From: Octopus vulgaris
Taxonomy: Eukaryota
Length of the DNA: 64,000 bases
Direction: 5' to 3'
Assembly: GCA_951406725.2 (NCBI GenBank)
Contig: OX597814.1
Span: forward strand, 11,966,001-12,030,000
Shown: one piece after another, positions 25,938 through 39,413 of the stretch
How positions within the stretch are numbered: position 1 is the stretch's first letter
Layout: each line of letters starts with the position of its first letter
Position numbers and translations under genes: made by a program
The notes under the pieces: model-generated
Seen by the model: only the letters and a program-made list of their open reading frames with translations
What the model was told of the DNA's origin: nothing
Database searches by the model: none

Positions 25938-27104
25938 TTTATTATTATTTTTAATTTAAATCAACCAATAAGAACATTGCAGCTAAGCTGCGTGTTAATG
26001 GTGTCGCACGTGGCATGCAGACCATCATATGGCTGGTTTGACATGCGCATTGCGTTTTTTCTTTCTCTTCCGTTTTGACATGCTCATTGCATATTGATTC
26101 TTTTCCGTTTTACGAATCCAGTTGCACATGCGCCTTGCGTGTTCATACTTATCTTTACGGTTCCTACTCAAAACTGTTTACAGAACACAGCCATCTCACG
26201 AACATGCGGCTGCGAGGAGCGCCTCTCCCTCCAATGGTTGTGAAAAAGAGATTTTGACATTATACTACCATCATAATATCTTACTGTCTTCAATAAAGAA
26301 GGAAGGCTTCATTGTGTAATGTAGACCTCTTTGCATAACAATGAGAAGGCCACGGCTGGAATAACTTTGCTTATTGGGCGTACTGTCTACGCTCTCCTTG
26401 GGCTAAACGACTTTCAATGAAAACAAAACATTTGAATACAGTTTGAATATTAAACTTTCATTTATTATGAAACTCACTGTAATTCATTTATACATAATAC
26501 ATATTTTTAATATAATACAATCATTATAACATTTAAATATCCATCAATATTGAACAGTATATTAGAGTGTCGGGCTTTTACAATGTTTAGTTTCAGATCA
26601 CTTTGTTCTGAGTTCAAATCTCGTCGAGATCAATATCTTTTATCCTTCCAAGGTCGAACAAATATCACTATCAATATCAGTTATGTATTAGAGTAGATTC
26701 AGTCAACTACACATATCATAATCCGCTTTACATTCTTGCATGGGTTGGATGGTTTAAGTTTGGTACTTATTCTATCCGTCACTTTTGCCGAACCGCTAGG
26801 TTAAGGAGACAAAAACAAACACAAATTATCTATGAAACATAACTAAGAGGATCGTGTCATGCTCCAGTGCCTGTTTTTCCCCAACCACTACAGAATATTC
26901 CAGAGTATTTTTTTTTCTTGCACCAGCTCTAGTGAGGTATTCTTCAAACTCGTATGACTAAATGACCTCAAGAGGCCCCTATAACTGAAGAATAGGAGAG
27001 AGGGTATGAGTTTTAGGTGATGTGAAAATAAAAGGTAGAGTATGATTAGAAGAACAGATTTATAGTTGAGGAAAGGTGATAGTGGGAGGACTACAGTAAA
27101 AAGT

Positions 27105-27138
<34 letters not shown>

Positions 27139-28936
27139 AAGGACCTCCTTCGGTCCTGAATCACCATAGGATTGCAACTAGTAAGTGACTCTCTGAGGCA
27201 CAAGTCCAGGCAAGGTTGTTTATGGAAGACCAGCAGTCGCCCAGGCATATCAGTCTCCCCCTCTCCACGCCACTGATGTTATCCAAGGGAAAGGCAAAGG
27301 GGCCGATACAGCTTGGCACCAGTGACATCGTAACCCATTTCTACAACCGAGTAATCTGGAGCAACGTGAAATAAAGTGTCTTGCTCAAGAACATAACACA
27401 GCCTGATCCGGGAATCGAACTCACAACCTCATTATATATATATATATAATGCACACATATTGACCCCATTGCTCAAGTGGTATTCCAAAATGGGGTGAAC
27501 CGCAAAGTCGACCTCGGTGGAATTTGAACTCATTACGAGAAATTGATATTGAATTCAAATTTTGGCTTCAGGCCAGCAATTTTGGAGGAGAGTGCCAGCC
27601 GATTACATCGTCCAAGTACTCAACTGGGACTTATTTTATCGACCCCGAAAGGATGTAAGACAAAGTCGACCTCAGCGGAATTTGAATGCAGAACGTAAAG
27701 ACGGACGAAAGCTGACGGTTCTGCTAGCTTACAAATAGTATTTATGGTATTCTGATTTACTGTCGGGTGACTTCTGGCCAACCCTCTATATGTGTGTGTG
27801 TGTGTGTATGCATGTAGGTATATCTCTGTTCACCCACCGTTTCATAACCGGTGTTTCTTTGTTTACCTCTCCTTCAGTTAGCGGTTCGGCGAAAGAGACG
27901 GAATAAATACCTGACTTAAAAATAAATACTGAGGTCGATTTGTTAGACTAAGCCCTTTAAGGCGGTGCCCCAGCATGGCCACAGTCAAATAACTGAAATA
28001 AATGGTAAAAGGTATACATCATGATTCTTGCTGATTGATGTTTCGGTTTATTGTAAAGTTTAGCCAGCTTCCTGTGAAGAGGGTTCTTGGATGGTTTTAA
28101 AGTAGGGACCCTGGTCCCATCAAGTCACATACTCTGTATTCGATTCTGTGAAAGAAAATTCTTGACCCCGGAAAGATGAAAGGCCAAGTTGATCTTGGCA
28201 AGATTTGAACTCAGTGTCTAGAGAGCTGGAACAAATGCTGCTATGCATTCTATCTCATGCTCTAACGAGTCTGCCAATTTACCACTTAATTCTCGATGAG
28301 CAAACAAGGGAATATCAACGAAGTCGTCTGACCTGCCAGAAATAACAGCCAAATCGCCTTCAAATTACGCGGCTGTCAGACTAGTTTATTGGTATGTTGC
28401 ATCGACTAGTACCTTCCATAGTACATTATTAACAAACTTGTATCATGTAATCAAATGTACGTGTATTTCATTTAATAATTTAAGTAAATTTATATTTGTT
28501 TAATTTAGTGTGTTGACCAAAGTGATTACTCCTAATCTGGAAAGAAATCAGCAACACGGGAAGTCTTTGGAACCAAAGGTTCCGGGAAATCAATGTTGTA
28601 CATGTATTTAGAAATCCTGACGAGTATTAGGTTTCATCCATCGCCCGGTCAAACACCATCACCTAGGCCTTGGATACCTTTAGTGAAGTTTACTCTGTTG
28701 AAAGCATTCACTCTAGATCTCTCTTCCTCCTATCAATCTGAGAGGCTCCTAAAAAAGGCCACGAATATTGTCCTTCATTCATCCGTCACAAAAATCATTA
28801 AAGAAAAAAAAAATCTTGGATGTTTTAAAATTTGAAAAATATATATATAAAAAAAGGAAGATGTGTAAATAAGAGAAAAAATATCGTAACTTAAAGTCAC
28901 TTGTCAAAGATAACATACGCACATTTATATATACCC

Positions 28937-29353
28937 AGAATCTTTTCGGTTTGAACGGCAGTTTTTTCTAGCGGTGTCATATGAAATTGTCACCCATAAT
29001 TATGACCTTAGTATCGATCTATTGCATTTCTATCTGTTTTAGGGTTAGGGGTGGGGGGAAGGGTATCTTTTTTTCTTCACAAATGTAAATAAACCCAATC
29101 TCTTTCTTAAACGAGGGACATATTCATACGGCACAGAATGTTTTTTTTTACCTCAATGGACGTAATTGATTGGTTGAAATTGCAGAAATTGAAGAAAAAA
29201 AACAACAAATATCTTACAAACTATAGAATTTTCTCAATAAAGCCAAGAGAAAAAGATGTTTTATAAACACATTCTACCAGTATACGAAGTTTAAAATTTT
29301 TTAGTTACCTAGAAATTATGTTAAAAAACTGCCGTTCAAACCGAAAAGATCCT
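28937..29353. mobile_element. MITE with ~30-bp terminal inverted repeats
   Basis: atcttttcggtttgaacggcagtttttt ... aaaaaactgccgttcaaaccgaaaagat. Confidence 0.85.
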
Positions 29354-32300
29354 ATATCCATCCTCACCCTCTTATTTGCTGATTCGAGAAGTCAGTATTG
29401 AACAGAATACATACATGCTCACATCCATTAAAACGAAAACGAGCCATTCTTCATGTTCACTCAACTCCTTTAAGTGAGGTGCATCTTCGTTTACCATGCT
29501 TGTATTGGTGAGATGGAAAACGTTGAGGCAGATTTTCAACGTCCGGATACCTTTCCTGTCGATACTGCTTGTTCCAGACAAGGTAATATTTCCTCATAGC
29601 CGGAAGACCTTTCATGGAAGACCTGAAACAAGGTACGCCGCTCGTACAATAGTGGCATTCGTTTATAACCATCGTGTGATGTCAAGACATAAATAATACG
29701 ATGGTCTTCTTTCATTCCTGTCTACCAATCCCACTCAGAAGACATTTTCTTTATTTTTTTTTAAAGGACGGGTACTTTGAATTAGTCATGTTGAATGGAT
29801 GGATGTTCATGCATGTGGGCAGTGAATGCTGTACATTGAAATTTCATCAGTTCATACAAACTTAGATAAAAAAAAAACCTATTTTCCTGAGCCACTGAAG
29901 AGGCCTCTCTATGTAGTCAATCAAACTTTGAAATGGCATCCAAATTTTCTCTCAAATCGCAGTGTTTGTCTGAAATAATCATACCTTGAACTATGTTGTC
30001 TCTGATACACACACAAAAAAAAAAGACATGATGGTCATGGATAGAACGCCGTTGATCATAGTTCTTCTGCTGCAGTTAAACAGCAACAACTACAACTCAC
30101 TATTTTCTTCAAATAGGACATTCTTGTTTATTGGAGATCGTTGTAATATTTTGAAACGGAATAAAGTAAAAATCGAAATAATAAACCACATGAGGATTAC
30201 CCCCAAAATGTCCAGAATAAACATGCACAAAATGAGCTGCAGCAGTGTCAAATGCTGTGCCTGAGACGTACGATATAAAGCATATGTACAGAAGAGTAGC
30301 AACTGTTATGTTCCAACTGAATTCACCTTACTCTTTCTTCTCCATTGAGATCACAACAAAAATCTACGGATAAACACACGATCTAACGAGAAAGCTTATC
30401 AATTGTCCTCAACCAGCTAGAAATAGCAACCAAATCTTCGTGTGTTACATATTACCATCACACACACAAACACACAAAAGTAAAAGAAAAGAGATACATT
30501 GAATAATGTATTGATAGCTGTATTGTTTCTGGAAATACTCGATGGGATGGCTACAGTTGGAATGTCAAATCATAGAGCTGCTCGATCAAGATACACCTGG
30601 TGGTTAAGCAACAAGAGAAGCAGAGTGTACGCTCGAGAGAGTACAATGTTTTAAGACTATACCACTACACACACACACACACAGAATATGAATATGAATA
30701 TACGTACATACATATACATTCATGCACTTATATACGCCCCGATATTTCTCTCTCTCTCTCCCTTTTTATCATTTTATTCATATACGTTTCCCAGCTGCGT
30801 CTGAGGAGATTCATTGAGGCAAGAAACAACCGCATTCTGCTCATTTAACTTGGCATATTATTATGCTGAAAGCCTAAGAAGTGAGCCCCACTTGCAATTG
30901 TTTGGGGAGAGCAGTAACTGAATAAAACTTTTCATAGGGGAAACAGTGACTGCAGTCTATCGAGAATAAAATTCTGGACAGAGTTAACGTGGACTCAGCA
31001 AGGTAATCCAAGTAGAGGCAGGGCCGGCTTGTTGTTGTTGTTGTTAAGCAACAAGACGGGTAAGGGTGATTAGGTGATGATCTAGGGCTTAGGGGCGGGA
31101 GACCACAGACCTTGGAAAAAAAAAAGAACTTTGGTTGTCTTGTTGTAGTCGAGGGCTCTTCGTTGACGCCCGACACCACTGGGAGGTGGCCCTCGAAGTC
31201 GCTGGAAATGGTGATCTCCAGGTCCAAATTCTTGGACGGCAGCAGGGCTGGCTGAAGGTACCGGCAACTCGGGCAGTTGCCCGGGGCGTCATGTGCTTTT
31301 TAGTCTACATTTTTCAGTTTTTCTCATTGTGAAAGTTTTAAAAAGTTATACTTGTAAGGGCGCTGAAGTTCAGCTCGTCCGGGGCACCAGCAAACCCTAG
31401 TAGATGGGCAGTAGTTCTGAGTAGATTAGCAGTAGTTCTGAGTAGATTAGCAGTAGTTCTGATAAATCGTGTTAGGACAATCGGATCTGGTAGCATGATA
31501 AAAGTCTTTATTATAAAGTGTTTTGTGATAAGAAGAATACAAGCCGTAAAAAAACAAAAACAAGCAAGAAAAAAAAAAGCAGAAGAAAAATCTAAGTCCA
31601 TACTTGGATACCAAATACAGCTATGTGAGTGTTACACTCGTTTGCTGAAAAGTCAGGTGGATATATCTGGCCATGTGTGAGGACCCCTCGACCGTCATAA
31701 AAGAGATGCATAGTTTCTCTTTTTTTAATTTTTTCCAGATGCAGAAAATTGATACCGAACAACTAAAACACCACCAGAAACTCCTGTTCGTGCCTGTCAG
31801 GCGCAAACTGACCGAGTACTTGGGTGGTCAAGTAAATACATCTGGCCACGCTTAAAACCCCTCTAAGCGCCATAAAACGGGTGCATTCATATTCGGTACC
31901 CATTTCCTGCATATGAAAAAAAAATCCTAAAACACCGTCAGAAAACCCCCGCCTCTTCCTGTCAAGAACAAAATGACAAAACTGTAACCATCGACGTTGG
32001 TAGTAAAAGGCTGATTAGTTTACATTACTCCATAAGGGGCATAGGGCCGGTTTCCTGGTTTCTCTGGTGTATATATCCCCCCTGCCTCCTCTTTGATGGG
32101 ATGCCGGTCCATCGCAGGATTACTCATTTTTAACCAGCTGAGAGGACTGGAGCAACGTGAAATGAAGTGTTTTGCTCAAGAACACAAAACGTTGCTCAGT
32201 CCAGGAATCGAAACTACAATATTACGACCATGGGGCGAACACCCCCCTAACCACTGAACCATGCGTCTCCACACAATGAAAAGTAGGTCTAGATATATTG

Positions 32301-33059
32301 TAGAGATGATCGACATAGATACGTGATATATACAAAGAGGTAAAACACAGCCGGACAAGAGCACAAGAGTATATTTTTCCGGGTAACATTCATGCAATTG
32401 ATAGAGTAAGTACATTGTTCCCTAAGGAATAGATAGAAAAGAACCTTGCTATAAAATTGAATTTTGATTAATTTTATTTTAGCTGTTTATTTTATATCGC
32501 GCGTTGTGGACATTAACGTCACTGGTTAGAAGATTCCAACCAGCCAATCACTTGTTCACAGTGATAGCGAGTGTGACACGAGACCGTCTTATAACTCGGC
32601 AGACATCGCTTGAAGAGTAGCAATTTTCGCCAATCTCTACATACTTTTACTGATACGTGGTTCCCCCCCCACCACCACCACACGCACTCTTTTCGTTACA
32701 TGCTCTTGAGATCCACGACGTATATTCTCCGTCTCTTCTTCATTTCATCCTTTTTCTCGTACTACTCTCACTGTCTCCTTTTTCCTTCTTCCTCTTCAAC
32801 CTGTATAAAATATTACTACTTTTATATGTATTTACTTCTGTGTACGATTTTTATATTTTAAATATGTATTAAAAATAGGCATGTTGGAGGTATCGTTTAA
32901 AACAAGATGCCAAGCTTGTAGATGTTCGCACTTGTGTGTTTGTGACTATGTGTAACCATGTGTGGCTGAATGCACGTATGAAATGAATTAATAAGTTAGT
33001 ATGTACGTGTATACATAAATGTTTGTGCAAGTACGTACATACATACACGTACGTTTCTG

Positions 33060-33091
<32 letters not shown>

Positions 33092-33475
33092 CTAGCAGTA
33101 TCGCCCGGCGTTGCTCAGGTTTGTAAGGGAAATAACTATAAAGCATTTTTAGTGAGTTATAGCCAAAAAATAGCAAAAAAATGGAAAAAAAATGATGGTA
33201 AATTTTTTTTGAGAGTTAAAACAGGTGGAGTTGCGTCCCCTAGACGGTCTGTGGTTTGGGTTTCTCATTCTCGACCCCATGTCGAATTTATCGATTTTTT
33301 TCAGAACTGGGGGAACTTTTCAAAATTTTCGCTGCGTTAGTTTTGAATTATGACATTGGGCTATGTGTGAGTCAAGTTTCATCAGAATCGGTTGAAAGCC
33401 GTGGTCAGAGTGAGGGTACGAGAAATCAGACACACAGAAACACGCACAGACAAACTGCCGTTTATATAGAGAGAG

Positions 33476-33476
<1 letters not shown>
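33092..33476 (-). mobile_element. Non-autonomous Helitron sharing only the 3' ~120 bp with the family above
   Basis: Same hairpin and CTAG end, different body, 5' TCTCTCTCTATATAAA. Confidence 0.8.
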
Positions 33477-33507
<31 letters not shown>

Positions 33508-33840
33508 GTGGAGGTATATGTTGAGCTCCCCTTTACTGAATGTCAGAGCGTATGTGAATGTGTACAGGTATTTAGTCATATGGTAATATGTCTATGGATG
33601 TGTGTGTGCATGTGCGTGTGTATGTGTATGCATGCATATGTTTGTAAGTGTGGAATGTGTGTAGATATGTTTATATTTTCGTGTTTGCATATTTTTGATT
33701 TCAGTAGACAGGTGTGTGTATGTGTATACACATAGGTGGGTATATATGTGTGAGTGTACAAGTATATTCTATCATTTATTTATTCAAATACACGCGTGCG
33801 CACTAGAATGAGAAGGCAGTTATGCAATGCCCATGAATAG

Positions 33841-34004
33841 GCGCAGGAGTGGCTGTGTGGTAAGTAGTTTGCTTACCAACCACATGGTTCCGGGTTCAGT
33901 CCCACTGCATGACACCTTGGGCAAGTGTCTTCTGCTATAGCCCCGGGCCGACCAATGCCTTGTGAGTGGATTTGGTAGACGGAAACTGAAAGAAGCCTGT
34001 CGTA

Positions 34005-34057
<53 letters not shown>

Positions 34058-34260
34058 TTGTGTGTCTGTGTTTGTCCCCCTAGCATTGCTTGACAACCGA
34101 TGCTGGTGTATTTACGTCCCCGTCACTTAGCGGTTCGGCAAAAGAGTCCGATAGAATAATTACTGGGCTTACAAAGAATAAGTCCCGGGGTCGATTTGCT
34201 CGACTAAAAGGCGGTGCTCCAGCATGGCCGCAGTCAAATGACTGAAACAAGTAAAAGAGT
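33841..34260 (+). mobile_element. SINE family A, full length
   Basis: Same sequence as 17603-18008. Confidence 0.9.
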
Positions 34261-34273
34261 ATGTGTGTGTGTG

Positions 34274-34310
<37 letters not shown>

Positions 34311-34896
34311 ATGTGTGTGTGTGTGTGTGTGTGCAAGTAAATTTTCTACCACAGACAGACATATTAGTATATCATTTCATGTTTACAACCTTCTAATATC
34401 GGTAAATTCTCAAATTTATGTCCTCAAATAACATATCGTTAACGGTATTTACGTAGAACATTTTATCGATTTATATATGATAAAATCGGTAAATACATCT
34501 CTCGTTTCTTTCAATCTTAATTTTGAAAAGTGATTTCTCACGGAAGTCAAGGTCCCTGAGTAACTCTTGGAGTATTCTCAGCTAATAATAATAATAATGA
34601 TGATGATAAAAAATTATATATATATTTTTTGCTTTACATATTGAGTTCTCTTTTTTTTTTTCCGTTTGTAAAACCAAACATATTTTATATATGAACGAAT
34701 GTGTGCACAAATATGTGTGTGTGTGTGAATTTTTTTTTTCAGTTCTTCATTGATTCTCTTTTTCCATTCACTCCTCTTGCGATATTTGCTGTCACTCACA
34801 ATTCCAACATTTCATATTGGTTATTCATGTTGTTACAAGAATATCAGTCAGTATTACCAAATGAACCAACAAAGTCAACCAGCCATTGAATAAACA

Positions 34897-34933
<37 letters not shown>

Positions 34934-35309
34934 GTCCATAATGAAATCATTAGTTAATTACCACATGAAAATTAACGATATGATTAATTAATGTTTATGA
35001 TACATTTATCATTCTCTTTTATGCTTATTGCGTTCCCTTTTTCAATCACTCGTCTCATCAATAATCAACTCATCCCACCTCTTTTTTTTCACCTGCCTCA
35101 TTTCAAACACCCTCCCTGGTCTTTACCCTCTCAACTCTTTCTTTTTTATTACCTTTTACTTTTCTCTTGAGCCATGCTGGATTCAGTTTTTAATGTACAT
35201 CATTTCATTCGTACTTGATAACCTCCAGCAAATCCATATATCCATATATATATATGATAAAATTGTTTTTAAAAGTAAGCCGTTTGTACTCCTGACAACT
35301 TGCCGTCAA

Positions 35310-35385
<76 letters not shown>

Positions 35386-35613
35386 AGTCAAATAATTCAT
35401 TGGCAATCCTTTTTCTCGACTTTTCTGTTAAACCATTTTCTGTTTTTATCCAACATTTCCCTTTCTTTTTAACCTGTGTTAACCTATGCTTTTTTCATCC
35501 TCCGTTATCTTTCTTTTTCCTTCAGAGTTTTCTGTTAATTGTTTTCTTTCTTTTTCCATACTTTTCAGTCTTCTTACCATATTGAATCCGTCGCCATTTG
35601 CATCAGGCAACAC

Positions 35614-35735
35614 TTACTGTTCTCTCGTCGAACATGACTTGCAACAACGTTTCTTGATCAACGGACTCTCGCACATATTCCTGGCCACAGCCACGTAGCA
35701 CCAGCCCATCACATCTGTGCAAGATGATTCGAGAG
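35614..35735 (-). CDS. ADAMTS-superfamily terminal exon, PLAC domain (LESSCTDVMGWCYVAVARNMCESPLIKKRCCKSCSTREQ*)
   Basis: tttcag acceptor, phase 1 entry. CxD....C..V....C.......CCxSC PLAC signature followed by an in-frame TAA. Confidence 0.92.
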
Positions 35736-36399
35736 CTGAAAATAAAGGAAGATGATGAAAAAACAAACAAAAAACCAAACCCCTCCCAAAACAAAAAAAG
35801 AAATTGAAAATTGAAACAAAACCAAATGCAACTTAAACCACAAAATAGCACTATTTATGAAGAGTATTGTTTGGAGACGGTTGACTCTCAACTCACTGCC
35901 AAATTTAAGACCTCTCTAATTTAGCAGTCATAATTTAATAAGAGAAATGTTTGTCCCTTTTCCTACTGGAATCGATAAAGCAAAGTGCCAGTTAACTGCA
36001 GAGGTCTTTTAAACACAACATCTCTCCAAAATTGTCATGATCTTGTGATCTTGTGCATGTTGAGTATTGTTACATTACTTACAACGACGATTTGGATTTG
36101 CCCGAATTACATATTCTTCTCATGTATCGTTTTACCTTTTAGCTACATTTAGACATCGCAAAGTAAAAGGCGATATTTTACTCAGTAAATTTTTAGTTTT
36201 CTCAGAGATAACAAGTATAGTAGGTGACTATAAGAAATGAATTTACCTCAAGGATATGATAATATTTTTCGACAGAAGCAAGATTACTGTGAACAATTGC
36301 GGAATTGAGACACTGAAACAGACATGCACTCTCGAAAGTCCTTCTTGCATCATATATGAAGGTTCTTAAGTCATCAGATTTAAAATTACGCGCGTGTTG

Positions 36400-37870
36400 C
36401 ACAACCACCATTAAGTGCCAACATCATACTGAAATCATAATGCAAATTGTTTCCTAATTTCATCAGAGAGGACATGAACTTTTTAAATAACATTCCAGAA
36501 AGCGTAAGTGTAGTGACAATCATTGTTAGTTTTGATGTGACTAGGCTCTGTGCAAATATCTTGTATGAATTAAGATTGGAGGCAATGGAATTCTGGATAG
36601 ACAAAATGGCTACATACAATTTAGGAGAGATTCTTAAAAATCGTATTAGAAGGAATACAATTGATGCTAGAAAGCAACGACTTTTTCCCTTCAAGATTGT
36701 CTTCTAATAAAAGGGATGGCAATGGATGCAGTAGCCGCGCCGAATTTTGCAATATAATGAGATACTTAGAAGAAATAAACATATCCAATCTGAAATTATT
36801 TAAGTTCAGAATTTCAAAACCTACTTAAAACAAAATTGGAAAATATTCCTTGTTGACTTACATATTTTGAAATACAAATAAGAAAGATCTTATAAAATTT
36901 CAAGAATTAATAATAATATTCACAATAGAAATGAATAGAAGTGAACTTTCATTTTTAGACATTCTAATAATTAACAAAAATGGGGTTATTATAACATGAT
37001 CTTTATTGTAAGGAAACGGACACATTCCATTAATTAAGGTTTATAACTTGTCATACATCACAGACTAAAAGAAACGTTACACTTAATATGGCAAGACGTT
37101 TCTCTACAATAGTTACAAATTCAGTTAGATGAAATAGACAACAGGAAAAACATCAGAAAGATTTAATTAAAGGCCATAAGCAAAGCAAAACAAATGCCGA
37201 TCCTTGGCTTGTTAAGAAATTTTCACAATGAGGAAGAGAACTCAACTAAAAATTTCGATTTTAGTTACCCATAATTGTAGAAATCACGATATCTTACATT
37301 TCGCAAAACAACGCTTTCTAATTGTATTCTAGTTCTCAAATCCAAGTGAACCTATTAAAAAGTTTCAAATCATGAACAGTGGAGCACAACAAACTAATCT
37401 TAAAAGACTCTTTGACAAAGATTATATTTCTACGGGAAGTAGAAGCACGAGTTACGAAATGTAACAAACTTCGTTGCAAAACATGCAATTTGAATGAACA
37501 GGGCAAAATCTTAGATGATATCAAAAACATAGTTACACAAAGCAGGAAATTGTTGAAAAATTAATGTAAATACGAATAGCAAAACGAAATCTCTAATTTA
37601 TTGCATTACATGTCCACAATGTAATGAGAACTATATCGATCAAAAAGGGGAAAAAACTGTAAACAGAGTCAGGACACATAAACAACAAATCAAGGATCAA
37701 TTTTTAGGAACGGTCCATATTGTGCACACACATACACACACACACGCACATCTGTAGAAAGGAGAAAATTTAATAATTTGCCGTTTTTAAGATAAAAGGA
37801 AATGAACAATTACGAAAGCAAGAGAAGAATATTTAATAAAGCTTTTTAACTGAAACTAAACCGGAAACAC
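36400..37870 (+). mobile_element. Decayed Penelope-like element (RT + GIY-YIG), antisense in the last ADAMTS intron
   Basis: FIREDMNFL..IVSFDVTRLCANI, GMAM...APNFA, LSFLDI, KETDTH...CH..TKRN, KCNKLRCKTC, LIYCITCPQCNENYI; many stops and frameshifts. Confidence 0.88.
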
Positions 37871-38259
37871 AGGAAAATTCTTCTGAATACAATTACTGTA
37901 ACGATAAGAACCTAAGAAAAACAACATTTGTTTATACATGTTTCAAGGTCTGGTGGTAATCGAAAGCGCTTACATAAAAATCTTCATATCTTCTATTAGG
38001 TGCGTGTGTGTTTGGGTGACGCTCATATATCTTTCGGCGGTACCGGAGAAAAAATCCTCCAAATAACCAACCCTTTCTTGAACAAAGTTCCTTGCAATAT
38101 TGTTCTGTATATAGCTAGAAACACTTTCTTGTTACTGCTACCGTTAGAAATGATGTCAACGTTTGTCCCGATGCAGACTTACAATCAACGATGTCTTTGT
38201 ACACCAAACAATAAATAAAATGAAAATTCAATATAATAATTGTTAGAACCAGTACTCAC

Positions 38260-38410
38260 TTGCAGTTGGACATGCAAAAGTATTACATCGTTGTTTGGTC
38301 TGTGGTTTTTGCGACTGTCGACAACGGAGTGGATTGACTTGCCAATGTTCATTAACAACACACTTCACGGCCCGAGTTTGAACACCATACATACCGCATG
38401 ATTGGCTGCA
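38260..38410 (-). CDS. ADAMTS-superfamily TSP1 exon (CSQSCGMYGVQTRAVKC...CRQSQKPQTKQRCNTFACPTA)
   Basis: aaatag/gtgagt, 151 bp, phase 0/1. Confidence 0.93.
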
Positions 38411-38668
38411 CTATTTACGAAAGAAAGTATGATTGATTAGAGTTACACATGTCATTACAAGTGAAAAGACACATTCAAATATATACATATATTCTTATAT
38501 AAGTCTTTTAATCAAATAACGCAGGGGAAACCAATACAAAATTCTATAGCAGGTAGAGTCAACCTTTTTCAAGGCACATAAGAGATGGCTCATCATTAGA
38601 CAGGCTGCACTTTATATTCATACTTACATATATACAAATAATTACATATCTATACGTACAAATTCATA

Positions 38669-38920
38669 TAAAGGGTCCAATGAGTAAATTGCCGCCATTT
38701 TATGTTTTTTTTTATTTCGCGAATGCACATTGTTTATTTTTGACTTTGTCGACTACACAGTATAGTAGGGCCAGTTGGACACCGTCTGTGAGAAAAACAG
38801 CACCATGACGCTATTCACTCTACCAGAAATTTGGGAACGACATGCTGTACTGCTTGGCATTCGCGCTGGTAGCTCCAATTACGAACATTTCAGAGTGTTT
38901 GGGTGTCAATCTGAGGATAT
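38669..38920 (+). mobile_element. Tc1/mariner 5' end (TA + TIR + start of transposase)
   Basis: taaagggtccaatgagtaaattgccg resembles the reverse complement of the terminus at 46365-46390. Confidence 0.6.
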
Positions 38921-39300
38921 GTACTGAGAGTGATAAAAAAACCCTTCAATTTTCGTTTGGTGCGTGATTCAAGAATTCACGTGGGCCGTAGTTTTACTGT
39001 GACTGTTCTACAGCGTAGGGAAGCATTTGGTTCACGAAAAATAGTTATAACCTCTTTCCACCAGTTGGTTTCATGTTCTTCCGCCAGGTTCCTCCTATCC
39101 CATTGCTTGATATTTCTCAGTTAGCTTTGATAGTCCGCGTACGTATCTTTGGCCGGCGTAAAGCTTTCGAGTTACTCTTCGCTTCGAGTTAGCCCCGTCC
39201 CAGTAATCATATTGCCCCCATCCATGTGTGTTAACCTAAACTTGGTTTCATTTAATCCTTGCTCTACCACCATCACCATTACCACCACCACCACCACCAT

Positions 39301-39349
<49 letters not shown>

Positions 39350-39359
39350 GCTGCTGCTG

Positions 39360-39413
<54 letters not shown>

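Noticed and set aside
31739-31855. Apparent acceptor followed by ATG (ttttccag ATG CAG AAA...) as a plus-strand exon
   Set aside because: No recognisable protein or partner exon, and the segment is the inverted part of a duplicated unit.
37945-37975. CTGGTGG...GAAAGCGCTTA after the Penelope element as another hammerhead
   Set aside because: Core and stems are too degenerate to support a call.
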